Positions 1-13,496 are shown, counted from the first letter of the stretch. The stretch is DNA of 64,000 bases from Octopus vulgaris (GCA_951406725.2 OX597820.1:50158001-50222000), one strand, 5' to 3'. Notes: generated by a model from the letters alone, not told the origin. Translations and numbers: made by a program.

Positions 1-140
1 CGTCAAACTTACACTGACAACTTGATTGCAGACACTGGCCTGAAATACATCCAGGACTTCGAGTCAGTGATGATGGACCGAGAAGTGTGACAGGCAGACT
101 TCGTTGCTGCGGCCCGATTTAGAAGCTGGCCGTAATAGCA
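1..140 (+). mobile_element. 3' end of RTE/RTE-X-like LINE ORF2 (fragment)
   Basis: Frame 1 reads RQTYTDNLIADTGLKYIQDFESVMMDREV*, matching the typical RTE C-terminal 'Y.D.L..DTG....M.DR..W' pattern; stop codons and a short taa-rich tail follow. Confidence 0.55.
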
Positions 141-331
141 ATAATCCAATATACTGGTTCAATTCTATGTCTAACTGAGATTTTATCGTACCAAATGCTA
201 AATACTACGAAATAAATTTGTTGTTTGGATTTTTTCTGTTGCTGTAACAGTGTTGAATAAAAAAAATGTTTCAGTTTCTGTCAAATTTGGTGTACTGATG
301 TAGTTTTGTATGCTAATTATGAGAATGAAAA

Positions 332-563
332 AGGCGGTGAGCTGGCAGAAACGTTAGCACGCCGGGCGAAATGCTTTGCGGTATTTCTTCTGCCGCTGCG
401 TCCTGCGTTCAAATTCCGCTGAGGTCGACTTTGTCTTTCATCCTTTCTGGATCGAGTAAATAAGTACCAGTTACGCACTGGGGTCGATATAATCGACTTA
501 ATCCGTTTGTCTGTCCTTGTTTGTCCTCTCTGTGTTTAGCCCCTTGTGGGTAGTAAAGAAATA
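332..563 (+). mobile_element. tRNA-derived SINE, family A, with Tx1-like 3' tail
   Basis: Head ggcggtgagctggcagaaacgttagc, B-box-like gttcaaattcc, body gaggtcgactttg.ctttcatcc, tail tagccccttgtgggtagtaaagaaata; many copies in the window. Confidence 0.85.
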
Positions 564-569
564 GGTAAT

Positions 570-735
570 TCGTCTGTCTTTACGTTCTGAGTTCAAATTC
601 CGCCGAGCTCGACTTTGCCTTTCATCATTTCGGGGTCGATAAATTAAGTACCAGTTGCGTACTGGAGTCAATCTAATCGAATGGCCCTCTCTCCCAAAAT
701 TTTGGGCCTTGTGTCTAAAGTAGAAAAGAATTATG
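570..735 (+). mobile_element. SINE family A, 5'-truncated, alternative tail
   Basis: ttacgttctgagttcaaattccgccgag...aagtaccagttgcgtactgg, ending gccttgtgtctaaagtagaaaagaatt. Confidence 0.75.
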
Positions 736-1289
736 GGAATGAGAATCATTTTTGCCATAAATTAATACATAAAATGTTAATAGATTTCAGTTTGTAAATT
801 TTAGGTAATTTTAGCCAATGGAAAGTCACAGTCACATTTGTGCATGTTTCCATAGTAACAAACCAAGGCGTTGTCTTCTTAAAACTACTACTTATATTTT
901 CTTTACTTATTTATTTTGTTTGAGTACCTATATTCTGAACATACATTTTCGAATCTTTGCTGAAAAATTGTTTACATGAACTGAACTATTCCTACAGTAT
1001 AATGTACAATTATTTTTTCTGTAATTTTTCGAAAAAATTGATGAAGAATTTTATGTTGTTGGCTGTTGGAAAGTTTGTTTTGCATTATTTTACTAGTCAG
1101 AAAAAAACTTATGGGACATTTCTGATGCTGTCACAGTTTTTGAAATTTTATAATTAAGTGAAAATGTTCAAATTCGGTGTAGTGATGTAAATTCTAATGC
1201 TAAATCTAATTTTATTATTCATTTGTTCCAGAAAAGTTTTGGAAAAATATTCACTAAAATTATAGCTCCAGGTTATCCTTTGATCGGAT

Positions 1290-1670
1290 TGACCCTAAAC
1301 TTCAATCCTAAACATTAACTCATAACCTAAACCCTAATTTTAACCCTAGAGCAAAACCCAAAACTCTAATACTAAACCCTAAAATCCTAATTCTAATCCT
1401 AAACCCTTACCCAAAACTCTGATTCTAATCTAAACCCTAAAACATTCATTCTAACTTTAAACTCCAACGCTAAACTCTAATTGTAACCCTAAACTTCAAC
1501 TTTGAACTCCAGCCTTAAGCCCTCATTCTAACCCTAATTCTAGCTTTAAACCTCAACACTATCTCTAAATCCTGAACTCTAATTGTAGCTTTAAACCTCA
1601 GCCCTAGCTCTAATTCTAACCCTAAGTCTCAAACCTAATCCAAAATTCTAACCCAAACTCCACCCAAATC
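1290..1670. repeat. Degenerate telomere-like (CCCTAA/AACCCT)n tract
   Basis: Repeated aaccct/aaccctaa/ctctaa/ttctaa units over about 380 bp. Confidence 0.7.
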
Positions 1671-1779
1671 ACAGATGTATTGCTACAACTCAAAAGAATA
1701 CATACAACATAATACAAAGTAAAAGTTGGTGATTTTTCAGCATCCCAAAAGATGAACATTTTGGGGGCTACAAATATGG

Positions 1780-1922
1780 ATTTCAAATTTTGGTTCTAGG
1801 CCAGCAATTTAGGAGAAGTGTAAGTCACTTACATCGATCCAAGTATTCAACAGGTACTTATTTTATCAACCCCGAAAGTATGAAATGCAAGTCGATCTCG
1901 GAGACATTTGAACGCAGAACCC
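1780..1922 (-). mobile_element. SINE family A, degenerate
   Basis: Reverse complement of the family A body (ggtacttattttatcaaccccgaaag...atttgaac). Confidence 0.6.
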
Positions 1923-2429
1923 GGAAATAGTCTTTTGGGCTAGAAATATTAAAATACTTCGGTCCCAACTACGACAAAATTTCTATAACACCTCAGTGAG
2001 ACTCACAAAAGTGTTCGGATTCTACAACAGTGACAGGGACAGTACTGCTAGTTGATATACGTAAACCTTAAATTTCATCCACGAAACAATTATCAGGTGA
2101 CGGTTTTGTGCATGTATTTTGGTCATTCGGCGCTCGAGTGACATCTAAATCCTTTGACTTTTTCTTTAAAGACCCAGTCTCCTCATTCTGCCTCTTCTAA
2201 ATAATGCAGAAGCATCCAGTTCCTGGTTCTTGTAGCTATCAATCTAACTCACTCACTTTTCATCATTTTGCCACTTATACTGAATGCATTCTTCATGCCG
2301 TATGCTAACCACAAATTTTAATCTATCTCTCTGGAATTCTCTTCCTTCCCATGCATATTCTTCCTGGTGCCAACAATTCTAAGTTGCTTTAAAAAGAACG
2401 CCAACGACAGTGATTTTACTAGATTTGGA

Positions 2430-2765
2430 GTGTTTGTAAAGCTTCCGTCACTAAACCAAAATAATAAAATAAAAGCTTAGTTTCTGCTCCCTGACATCTC
2501 TTAAAAACATCGCGGGTATCGCTAACTCTCCAAATCTCTATCATCTTCATTCTATAGCTTTTTTCTAGTTGGCAACATCTTCAAATAGTAACTCATTGTC
2601 AACTTCCCTCCATTTTGCGCTTCTCTTTCTTTTGGACCAGTAGGGGCATCACGACCGGGTGGAGTCTGGCATTCAACTCCATTGCTCTCTGAATGTCCTG
2701 TATTGAGTACGGGAGCTCTGGCGTCTTGAAAAATTAAGGAACTCTTCCCGTTAACGCCATTTTCT
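2430..2765 (-). mobile_element. Decayed N-terminal part of an R4/Dong-like non-LTR element
   Basis: Minus-strand fragments KWREVDNELLFE..KSYRMKMIEIW..DVREQKL..WFSD resemble the N-terminal KW...YRKRM..W...EQRL motif of RLE-type elements; frameshifted. Confidence 0.35.
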
Positions 2766-2859
2766 GTGTTAATATTGTTTTACATCATTATAAAAAAATG
2801 AGAGTTACGTGTTATAGAGTTTACTACCCACGTGTGTTTAGAATAGTGAGAGTGTCATG

Positions 2860-3060
2860 TACAAATGTTATCCCAAGTACATCAGCAGCTATAAACTCGA
2901 ATGCCAACCCCGTAAAACATACAAAATCACTTATTTCATCGAATTCGACGGATGAAAGGCAAAGTTGATCACGGCGGAATTTGAACTCAGAACGTAAAGA
3001 CGTGCGAAATACAGTAAGCATTTTGCTTAGCGTGTTAACAATTCTGTCAGCTCACCGCCC
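2860..3060 (-). mobile_element. SINE family A
   Basis: gatgaaaggcaaagttga..ggcggaatttgaactcagaacgtaa...cagctcaccgcc. Confidence 0.7.
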
Positions 3061-4289
3061 GAACAACAACAGCAGCAGCAACAACAACAACAATAATAAT
3101 GATAATTACCAACGTAAATCTACTGAGACATGAAAAAAATAGTTCGCTGGTAATAGTTCTGGAGGCCCACGAGGTAGAAACTTCTTTTTGACAGATGTAT
3201 TAGTCACAATAGACAGTCATTTATGTATAAAATGAATTATCGAAATATAAAAACGTGGAAATAGAGCTATCCATTATGTGAGTATTTCGAATAGAAACAA
3301 TCTCTAGGTGCCTTCGGAATTGCTAATGCAGACAAATACATCACTTCACCATCTTCTGAAATGTTAAGAATTTTGATTTCTAGCATGAGCAAACAAGCTC
3401 AAATTTTAGGGATATATATACTGGGTAAGTTATATTTCTTCTTTAAGAATTATATATGAAGGCGAGATTTAAACTCAGAAAAAATGCCGTTCTACGAATC
3501 CACTGTCCTCTGAAATAATTGCTTCTAATTTAGGTACTAAATTTTTGATACATCCCGCAACCACAATTTTCTCCTTCGCCGAATCCGACCCATAATCAAG
3601 CCTTTAGCTTTTTGTATTCGATATTTTGTCGAGACGGCACATCATTTCATGCGTTTCTGTGTGTCTTTGTAAAGTAGTCTAAATTATTTTCAAATTATTC
3701 TTTGTTATTTCCAAATTATTTTTCATGTATTGAAAAACTACATTGTTCTTTTAGGAACGAGGTCACTTTCTGATTCTTTCACTGTAAGTACTCTTTCCAC
3801 ATTTCCAGGAGAGAGATGCTACATTGAAATATTTTTAACAGAAGACAATATTTTTTCATAAAATAGAAACGAACGAATAAAGGGAAGAAACTGTATCTAA
3901 CCAGGTGACATATGTCTATACATTTCGAAATAATCAGCATGCAAAATAATTCCTTCCCACAAAAAAGAAAAAAAAACCAAAACAAAAAAAGAGAGAAAGA
4001 TTTCCTTTGAGTAAAACTTAGCACAACTCAAATTTTCTTGGATGGGATCTGAAATACTGCTGTTCGTATATAGATGCAAATACTTGTGCATACGTAATGC
4101 GTGTACATTATTCATGAAGCTTAGTATAAATATAGCGTATGTGGATTGTTTTCAGCAGTGTGTATGGAATAGTGTGTGTCGATACCTTGCTATGTATGCT
4201 GAAATAGTAAAAATGAAGAGGCAATATAGATATATGTATATGCACGCACACAAATATGAATATATATATATGTGTGTGTGTGTGTGTAG

Positions 4290-4343
<54 letters not shown>

Positions 4344-4911
4344 CAGACTTATCTATAAATTAAGGATTTATTCCCCGAGATAAGAGAAAAATAATAACTA
4401 TATGCTATATTAGCATCGATCTGTCATCAGTTATTCAGCATTGGAAAGTTTGCTATGCTGCATAACTGGCAATGTTCCATTGCTCAGAGCGAAAATCCCA
4501 ACCCCGCTACTTTCTTTAAATCTATCAAAAGAAGAAAAAACATAAAAACAAAGCATAAAACAGCAAATTTTCAAAAGACCTACAGAAGGCAATATACAAA
4601 AACAAACATGAAAACATAAACTGTTTTTAACCCAATAAATAATATATTGTTTATTACATTGTTTTATATGCGATACTTTAATATTCATATTCATAATCTT
4701 TTTTCATTATTATAGAGTATTTCAATTTTATTTATTGCAGAATATCTTGGAGCAGTCTTTTAATGATAAGACATATACTAAAAGTAAAGTAAAATGAAAT
4801 AAATGTAGGCAAATATGAGCGAACGAAAGAAACGATAAGGAGAATTATTCATAAATTTTTGTCAAAAGAAAAAAAGTTTTATTTCTTCAAATGAAGTAGA
4901 AAAATAATAGA

Positions 4912-4971
4912 TGATTAATATATACATATATATATATATATGTATATATAATATATATATATATATTATAT

Positions 4972-5003
<32 letters not shown>

Positions 5004-5004
5004 G

Positions 5005-5047
<43 letters not shown>

Positions 5048-5098
5048 TACACACATATATATATATATACATATACATACATATATATATATATATAT
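4912..5098. repeat. (TA)n microsatellite, representative of many (e.g. 9763-9900, 21550-21830, 41588-41790, 46365-46850, 62860-63168)
   Basis: Dinucleotide arrays seen directly. Confidence 0.95.
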
Positions 5099-6164
5099 GA
5101 GAAAGAGAAAAAGATAACAAGGAAAATACGAAGCATACATTAACTAGAACTATATTTCATCTTAATGAAATAATTTCTGGGAGTATGAAATTTATTGGTT
5201 TCTTCAAGAGATACTTTTATTTCTCTATTTATGTTTCGTATGCATGTCCTACTCACCCTCCCTCATTCCTAGCTTATGTGCTTCTTTTACTAATAATGCA
5301 TTCTAACGCAGACACGAAGCCATTCGCACACATTATGTGGAGAGACATAGATGATTAAATCGACCTCAGCTTTTCATCGATACTTATTCAATCGACCTAC
5401 GAAGGACGAGAGCCAAATCGACCTTAAATGGCATATGAATTGAGAAATCTACAAAAGGTCAAATTCGCATTTTATTCTTAGAGGGTCGATAAATTAAATA
5501 ACACTTGTTATCTTTGCTGTTTTGCCGAAGGCCTATGATTAAAGAGTTCTATCTGTTACCATCCCGTATTTACTTTTCAGATAAAACAAGCACACACAAA
5601 CCCACACATACACACATACACACAAAACACACATATATGACTAAATTCTGAAATAGAGTGAGATTGGAGAGGGATTATTAGTTAGTATAAGTCAAGGAGT
5701 GTGGTTTGATGTATTCTTTTCTCTCAACTTCAAAATATGTGTGGTCTCGTGCCAAAACTGGTAATTATCATTCTTTGTGATATAGGTATGTAGAATCAAC
5801 AAAATGAATTAAAGCCATGTAAGTCATACTCTCATGCATTAGAACAACGAAGCCTGCAATATTATGCACAAGACAATGCTATTCTACATAGGTGCAATGT
5901 ACATTATACACTGATGGCACGTATATAGCGGCAATGTATACATAATGGCAATATATAGTGCCACGTGCACTGAAGTATAGACACGAGAAAGAGTATCGTA
6001 GATTAGAGACACATACATTATAGTATTGTAATTTAGAGCCAAGCATACGCTGGAGATCCGTACATTGTCGCAGAATTTGTATTATAAGCAAAAGATAGTA
6101 ATCATCTACACCAGAAGCACATATATTGTTCTCCTGCACACCAGAGCTATGTAATAATGATAAT

Positions 6165-6383
6165 TGTTACAAATTTTGGCACAAAGTGAGCAATTTCGGG
6201 GGAGGAGGTAAGTCGATCACATTGACCTCAGTGTTCAACTGGTACTTAGTTTATCGAGACTGAAAGGATGAAAGGCAATGTCGTCTCGGCGCAATTTGAC
6301 CTCAGAACATAGTGTTTTGAACGGTCGGAATGCTGCTAAGCGTTTTGCACGGTGTGCTAACGATTCAGCCAGCTCGCCGCCTT
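6165..6383 (-). mobile_element. SINE family A
   Basis: Reverse-complement copy ending ccagctcgccgcctt. Confidence 0.75.
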
Positions 6384-6509
6384 ATGCAATTGTAATATGA
6401 TCACTGGAGGTACATATTCTAACATTGTACATCAGAGTTGGTTACATTGCTGTATTGTACATCAGAGACATATATATTGTAGTATATACACTAGGGATTG
6501 AGATTTTTG

Positions 6510-6790
6510 TGGGGCATTTTCGTCCAAGTCGCTTATCATCTGGCGACACAAAATTCAGATGTGCATCTAAGATGGTATTCCAATAGCCTACTAGTATTGA
6601 AAACAGGACACTCCAAAGAAAACCTCCAGGTGCCTGAAGAAATTTGACCACTGTCACAACTTTTCACGTCCAGGACTTCCAATTTACAGTCTACGTCAAG
6701 GAAGATCGATGTCATCTCAAGGATCAGGCCGCTTCGAAACATCGTCTTCCTATCCCTTTCCCAGTAAGAGTAGGAGATGTAAAGATCTTA
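6510..6790 (-). mobile_element. Decayed Tx1/L1-clade AP endonuclease fragment
   Basis: Frameshifted minus-strand peptide FRSGLILEMTSIFLDVDCKLEVLDV...FFRHLEVF...ILVGYWNTILDAHL, matching the APE 'D..GR.V.LDV' and 'LVGDWN..LD' motifs. Confidence 0.55.
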
Positions 6791-6914
6791 GTGTTACCAA
6801 ATGGAAGTTGCTAAGGAATTTTGGGGGGTTTCCGAAACCAGCTAGATTAGTCTACATAAAACTTTGGGAAGTTTTTTAGGAGCCGACTGCTTACTGCTTA
6901 CTGGCAAAATATCC

Positions 6915-7099
6915 AGAAAGAGTGAGAGAAAGTTGTGGTGAAAGAGTAAAGCGGGGTTCACTCCTCTCCCCCGCCGGAGGCTCGTAGAGCTTAGGTGTTT
7001 TTGCTCAATAAACACTCACAATGCCCGGTGTGGGAATCGAAACCGCGTTCTTACGACCGCGAGTCCGCTGCCCTAACAACTGGGCCATTGCGCCTCCAC
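6915..7099 (-). mobile_element. tRNA-derived SINE family C
   Basis: Reverse complement of ggaggcgcaatggcccagt.gttagggcagcggactcgcggtcgtaag..cggtttcgattccc. Confidence 0.8.
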
Positions 7100-7442
7100 T
7101 GTTGCTGCTGTTGCTGATTGTTTTTGCTACTGCTGTCATTGTTGTTGCTGTTGTCATGTTTTTTTGTTGCTGCTGTCATGTTTTTTTGTTGTTGCCGTTG
7201 TCGTCGCTGTTGTTGTTGTTTTCGTTGCTGTTGTTGCTGCTGCTGCTGCTGATGATGATGATGCTGTTGTTTCTTGATTGGTGTGCAAGAGGTTAAGAAC
7301 GTTACTCTTATTAATGCTATCGTTGCCGTTACCGATATTGATTTTCCTTTTGTTGTCATTCATGCACTGCTTCTAAGAGTCAGCATGTGCGGTCCAGGTA
7401 TTACAAAGACGGGCTGGATTATGTTTATAATGAAGCTGGTAT

Positions 7443-7780
7443 GAAGGCGCGTGGCTCAGTGGTTAGAACGTCGAGTTTACGATCGTGAGGTTGTGAGCTC
7501 GAATTCCGGACCGGGTTGCGTGTTGTGTTCTTGAGCAAGACACTTTATTTCACGTTGCTCCAGTTCACTCAACTGTAGAAATGAGTTGCGACGTCACAGG
7601 TGCCAAGCTGTATCGGCCCTTGCCTTTCCCTTGGACAACATCGGTGACGTGGAGAGGGGAGGCCGGTATGCATGGGCGACTGCTGGTCTTCCATAAAACA
7701 ACCTTGCCCAGACTTGTACATCAGAGGGTAACTCTTTAGGTGCAAACCCATGGTCAGTGTCTGACCGAGGGGGGTCACCA
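7443..7780 (+). mobile_element. tRNA-derived SINE family B
   Basis: A-box tggctcagtgg, B-box-like gctcgaattcc, body gtgttcttgagcaagacactttatttcacgttgctccag; paralogs at 51810-52136 and 62040-62358. Confidence 0.85.
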
Positions 7781-8247
7781 TGATGAGTGGTACAATTGAT
7801 TCTTCTTGCTAAATTGTAGCTGAATTTGATAGTTGGCATTACTCAATGCATTCGGAGTATGATCGATCCCATTAAAAAACAAACAAACAAACCCATTAAT
7901 GATATGCAAAATTTGTACGATTTGAGAGAAATTTTAGTGGTCTTCATCTTCATACAGTGAAGAAGGGTCCCTTTTCGAAATTCTAACCAAAATTTGCTGC
8001 AGTAAACAAATTGATTTCAACAAAATTTAACAAGTATTAATGGACTGACAAAATGTAAGACCATCCCAAACAGAAGAAAAACAACAACAATACTAACAAT
8101 AATAACATTAACAACACCAGAATTAACAAGTGCAAAAATAACTGTTTTAACATTGGAGCTAAACTCCGCCTCTATCAGAAGAATGTAATCGATTAAATCA
8201 CATCAATACTTGGTTGAAACTTATTTTGTAGAGCCTGGGATGTTGGA

Positions 8248-8289
<42 letters not shown>

Positions 8290-9034
8290 GACGGAGTTTG
8301 AAACCAGGATGTAAAGTGGTGTGATTGAATAATCCTGTCGTTCTACCGATTATGGTAATTTGCTTTCTAAATGATAAAACATTTATAATATTACTACATA
8401 CATCAACAGAAGTTACTATCTTTATTAGTATTGTTGATATAATCATCATCATTGTTATTGTCATTAGCACCTTGAGTAGCAGCAGCAACAGCAGCAGTAG
8501 TAGTAGTAGTTGTAAACTTTATAACACCGTGAATAAATCAAAATGATGATGATGATGATGATGATGGTGCTGGTGCTGGTGCTGGGAATAACGTTGATGA
8601 CGACGTTGATGAGATTTTGATGTGGAGATGATGACGATGATGTTTTTATTTTATTTTATTTACAAGAGCATTGAAGATTAAATATTACAATGCATGTACA
8701 AACTGTTCCATCACAATGCTATACGAGTTAACAAACACAGTTTGTTGATTTCAAATGCCAAGCGTTTAATATTGTTTTATTTTTTAAATGTTACAAAATA
8801 GTAAATAAAAACTGCTGTTCGATAAACCATTGGCGGTCTGTGAAAAAAAATTTAAATAAAAATTTATACATTCGAACAGTTTCGATATTTTTTCTCGTTT
8901 CTCCGTAGCATACGATCTTATTACTAATTTTAGATGTTAGTTGTATATCTACCATACATCGAACGAAGATGGCACGTCATGCCATGTCAGATGAAACTAA
9001 AATGGAGCTTTAATCATTGAAATTAAGTTGTCGT

Positions 9035-9440
9035 TATTGCTTATCATGTACTTGTTTCAGTCACTGGACTGCAACCATAATCGGATACCACTTTGAAGAG
9101 TTTAACTAAAAAACGATTCGAACCAGTAATCATTTTCTTTAAAGTATGGTGCTAATTCTATCGATCTGTTTTGCTGAACCACTAAATTAAGGGACATAAG
9201 CAAAGTAACACTAATATCCACGTAGTATTGGGGAAAAAATGCAAGCAAAAAGGCAAATGCGAGCACGCACACACAAATACATACAAACACAAGATGTGCT
9301 TCTTTTAGTTTCCTCCTGCCAAATTTCATGATTCGGTCATGATCCGGTCATGACCCGGTGTCATAACAGTAGTCAGTTGCCTTATTTGCCTTGCAGTTGA
9401 ACTGAACCTGAAACTACACGGTTGAGAAATGAATTCTTAC
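9035..9440 (-). mobile_element. SINE family D, degenerate
   Basis: Reverse complement of the family D tail (cttgtttcagtca...) and body. Confidence 0.55.
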
Positions 9441-9639
9441 CAACAATACTATGGCAGAATTCGAGATAAAAAATTGGTTTGTATGGAAGAGAGAACTATT
9501 GATGTTGGCAGTTGATCTTTCGATGAACCAAGGGAACTATTATTTTTCATATTACTGATGCCAATTATTTGACGCAGTTCCTGACAAACCATCGTGATAT
9601 GTTCAATGACAGAGCTGAATTTGAACTGAGAATGTACGA

Positions 9640-9795
9640 AAGTGGTTGTGTGGTAAGTAGCTTGCTTCCCAACCACTTGGGAAAAGTGTCTTCTACTATA
9701 GTCTCCGGCCGACCAAAGCCTTGTGAGTTGATTTTGTAGATGGAAACTGAAAGAAGCCCGTCGTATATATGTATATGTATATGTATATGTATATA

Positions 9796-9854
<59 letters not shown>

Positions 9855-10090
9855 GTGTGTATGTGTGTGTGTGTGTGTGTGTGTTTGTGTGTCTGTATTT
9901 GTCCACCCAACATCATTTGACAACCGTGGCTGATGTATTTGCGTCCCCGTAACTTAGCGGTTCGGCAAAAGAGCCCGATAGAATAAGTGCTAGGCTTACA
10001 AAGAAAAAGTCCTGGGGTCGATTTGCTCGACTAAAGGCGGTGCTCCAGCATGACCGCAGTCAAATGACTGAAACAAGTAAAAGAGTAAAA
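9640..10090 (+). mobile_element. SINE family D with internal (TA)n/(TG)n microsatellite
   Basis: gtggttgtgtggtaagtagcttgctt...gaaagaagcccgtcg[microsatellite]...ggtgctccagcatg.ccgcagtcaaatgactgaaacaagtaaaag. Confidence 0.8.
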
Positions 10091-10504
10091 CAGGAACTGA
10101 TATGGTAAGCATCCAGGTTCCGACGATCCAACAATGCTACCAATTTATTGTCTTGGACTGGAATTATTTTCATCGTAGCCGAGAAGAGAAAATGCAAAAT
10201 AAACATTAGAGGGTTCAAAACTCAAAACTTAACACTCTACGTAACATTCTAAATATTCTAACTATTTCTCGCTTATAGAATTGCCGACAAAATGTGAATA
10301 CCAGTATGAAAGGAGGAGGACACAATCTCTTTAAGTTCGTTCTGAAAGATTGATATTAGCCATTAAAAAAAAAAGAAGCAAACAAAGCGCTTGTTAATTT
10401 TTTATAGTGTCGAATACTATAAAACGCCAACATTTTTCATCTCAAGCTGCAACTTACTGACACTGTTAAACTGTATCGAGTCTCATTTTGATGAAAAGTA
10501 TTGC

Positions 10505-10720
10505 TAACAAATTTTGGCACAAGGCCAACTATTTTTTGGGAAGAGTAAGTTGATTACATCAACTCCAGTGCTCGACTAGTGTTTATTTTGTCTACCCCGA
10601 AAGAATGAAAAGCTAAGTCGATATTTGAACTCAGAACGTAAATACTAACGAAATACCGCTAACCATTTTATCTAGAGGCATTTTGCTCGGCTGCTAACAA
10701 TTCTGGCTGCTCACTGCTTT
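10505..10720 (-). mobile_element. SINE family A, degenerate
   Basis: ttttggcacaaggcc...ccccgaaagaatgaaa...tttgaactcagaacgtaa. Confidence 0.6.
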
Positions 10721-11229
10721 ATTTTGATGAAAAATATCGACATTAAGACGTAGAAATTGTTAAATTATATCAATTAGATATATTATATGTAATAATTATC
10801 TCTCGTATACCTAAAATTGTAAGTATATTTCTTACTAATAGGAACAACTATTGTTGTTGATAATTGGGTCGTTAGTTAGCATTTGTACAACAATATTAGA
10901 AATGAAATCAAATTTCGCTTCAGGATTTCATATCTCTCGGTACTCTACTAGAGTACACACACAATCTCTCATATAAACATACACGCACACATACAAATAC
11001 ATATGTACACACACACACAACATATCACGTACACACTATGCACATATACATCTACGTTTTCTTCTAGCAAAATTTTCTAACGGCCCATTACATTTTGAAA
11101 GTTTTGTATTACTTTTTTTTATGAAATTGACCTGGGCAACCTACTTCAGTCTCAGGCACTTTTCTGGGGATAAGCCATTAAATGTGGTTTCCTCCTTTTC
11201 CCTTTCATTATCAGGTACATAAATACCGT

Positions 11230-11480
11230 CGAGAATTAATAGGCATTGCTGTAAAAACAAAAACCTACTATCCCTTATATTCGCCTTCACTTTGTCTCAC
11301 CTTCCATAGCGTGCAGTAAATACTACTTTGAACCCTTCATGCCAGAACTGCAATCCTTTGAACTTCGCTGCCCGCCCACATTCTTCATCAAGTCGTCGAC
11401 TTGCAAATATTTCGCATGAATAACAACTGTAGCAATCTCACCAATCTGGCTAAAGGTATTACTGCATCATTTCTCTCGGG
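11230..11480 (+). mobile_element. Decayed CR1/L2-group LINE ORF2 3' end
   Basis: Peptide ARTAIL*TSLPAHILHQVVDLQIFR resembles the 'PRT..LWNSLP..V......FK' C-terminal LINE motif. Confidence 0.45.
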
Positions 11481-11879
11481 ATAATGTATGTTTCTTTTTT
11501 TTACATTTGCAAGAAAGCTATAAAGAAGTTATGATCGGTATTTCCAACTGTTACATTATTACAAAGGCATAATTACAAACCTTGCTTTAACTTTGAACTT
11601 GATTCTCTTATAGGCCTCTGGGAATTTAGTCAAGGTGAAGTTGAAATTAAGGTCAGTGTTTTCCTGTTAGATAAATGATACATGCAACGTAAATAAAGGG
11701 AGAAGGAAATGACAAAGAAAAGGAAAAGCTCGGGTGTAAATGAAGAAAAAAATAAAAGGAAATATTAACATACTGCATTTCCTACTTTATTGCACCAGAG
11801 TAATGTGTAAGAAAGAAGTTTATAGAATAGAAGTTAACTATAATGATGAAAGATTAAGAGAAAGGAATTGTAAGAGAGT

Positions 11880-12065
11880 CGGGAAAATGTCTTGTTGCAT
11901 TTAGTTAAGTCTCTATGATCTGAGATCAAATTGCACCGAGGTCAAGTTCGCCTTTCATCCCTTTTGGGTCGATGAAATAAAATACCAGTGAAGTAATACT
12001 GAATGTTTTAATCGACTATGCCTTTCCTTGAAAGCTGAGGCATTGTTGCTATGTTAGAAATCAAT
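11880..12065 (+). mobile_element. SINE family A, degenerate
   Basis: ctgagatcaaattgcaccgaggtcaagttcgcctttcatcccttttgggtcgat. Confidence 0.6.
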
Positions 12066-12965
12066 GTTAAAGAGAATAAAAGAAAAGAATATGAAAAATG
12101 AATTTCGAAGATAGGAAAAACGGAGAAACTAGAAAAATACGTAACACTAAGAAGAAAAAATACAAAAAGAAAAAAAACAAAGACAAGAAACTAAACAACA
12201 TAGTTTGTGCGAAGAGATTTCTCTGATATGCTATGAGGCAGAACATTAAACATAGTGGAGTTCTAAGTAGAATATATCTACGATGAATTACTTTGATGAC
12301 AGCTCTGTAAAGACAGCCTGTTCCTGTTACATGTGTAGTAAGATCGACAAAATTATTCTTCATAAATTCAGTGTCTAAACATTACTGATTTGTGGAGTTA
12401 CATGGAGCAGTGGTTCTCACACTCAGTATATATCTGGCTCTCAATCTAGTCCACGAAGCTCAACTCGTTACCTTCTGTTACCTAGCGAGAAAGATGAAAC
12501 GATTTTTGAAGATTTCAAGAATTTTGTATAATTTTTCCTTCTGTCATAAAAATGGAAATACTTATAGCAATTTTCCTAAAGTTGTCATTGCTACGTTTTC
12601 AACTTCATAACAGCTTCGTTCTTATTGCTCCTTTGTATTTTAATTGTCATTTCGGTCTCTGATTTTTATTGGCTGTCTTCCTGTATGTGCTGACATGCGA
12701 GCTATTGTTTTAGAAAGTTGCGGGTTTGAGAGACATACCGCTGAAAGGAAGATAAGAAGGAGACATGTCAGCATATGTGAATGATGTAATTACAGTGATG
12801 TCTGGTACTGCAGCAATTGAAGGAGCCAGTACTTTTTTTAGAGGAATAAGTGGCAGTGACAGGGACAACCATTACTTCTGATAAGTGCGTAGAATTGAAA
12901 CTTGGCACCTAGTTTAGCTGCTGAGAGTCCAGCGCCCATCAGACCGCACAACAAACGGAACAAAC

Positions 12966-13301
12966 TTATGAGCAAGCTAAGCACTCTTTCTTAGAAATAG
13001 CTCGAGGTGAATCTATACCTAAAAGTTTGGTAAGAGGTGGCAAACGCGTGCATCGCCTTTCCACTATATTATTGCTGAAATGTCGTCTAGTGCTCCAGTT
13101 CGGCCTTTTTGCATCTTTTGGAAGGGACGAATTGCACAAATTGCGTATTGTATTTCGAGCTAATAATCTCTGTGTAAAATGCCTGGTATGATGTCCCCGG
13201 TGATGCCTAGGTATGCACTGAGGCTGTGGTATCTGAAATATCTGTAGCGAATCTAGATCAGCATCCAGATGCCGTTTGCTAGGAGAATTTTCAATAGAAT
13301 C
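12966..13301 (-). CDS. Candidate terminal coding exon of an unidentified host gene (111 aa)
   Basis: T-rich acceptor ...ttgtttcag| then a phase-0 open frame DSIENSPSKRHLDADLDSL...RLPPLTKLLGIDSPRAISKKECLACS* in non-repetitive sequence; no recognisable domain. Confidence 0.3.
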   Translation of the reverse strand, partial: DSIENSPSKRHLDADLDSLQIFQIPQPQCIPRHHRGHHTRHFTQRLLARNTIRNLCNSSLPKDAKRPNWSTRRHFSNNIVERRCTRLPPLTKLLGIDSPRAISKKECLACS

Positions 13302-13413
13302 CTGAAACAATTTTCGAATACACGAAAATGAATTTGTCAAAGAAAAAAACCCCCAAAAAACAGATGTCTTTGCTAACATTACAAGCAATATAATAATAAT
13401 AATAATGATAATA

Positions 13414-13454
<41 letters not shown>

Positions 13455-13496
13455 AAGAAGAAGAAGAAGAAGAAGAAGAAGAAGAAGAAGAAGAAT

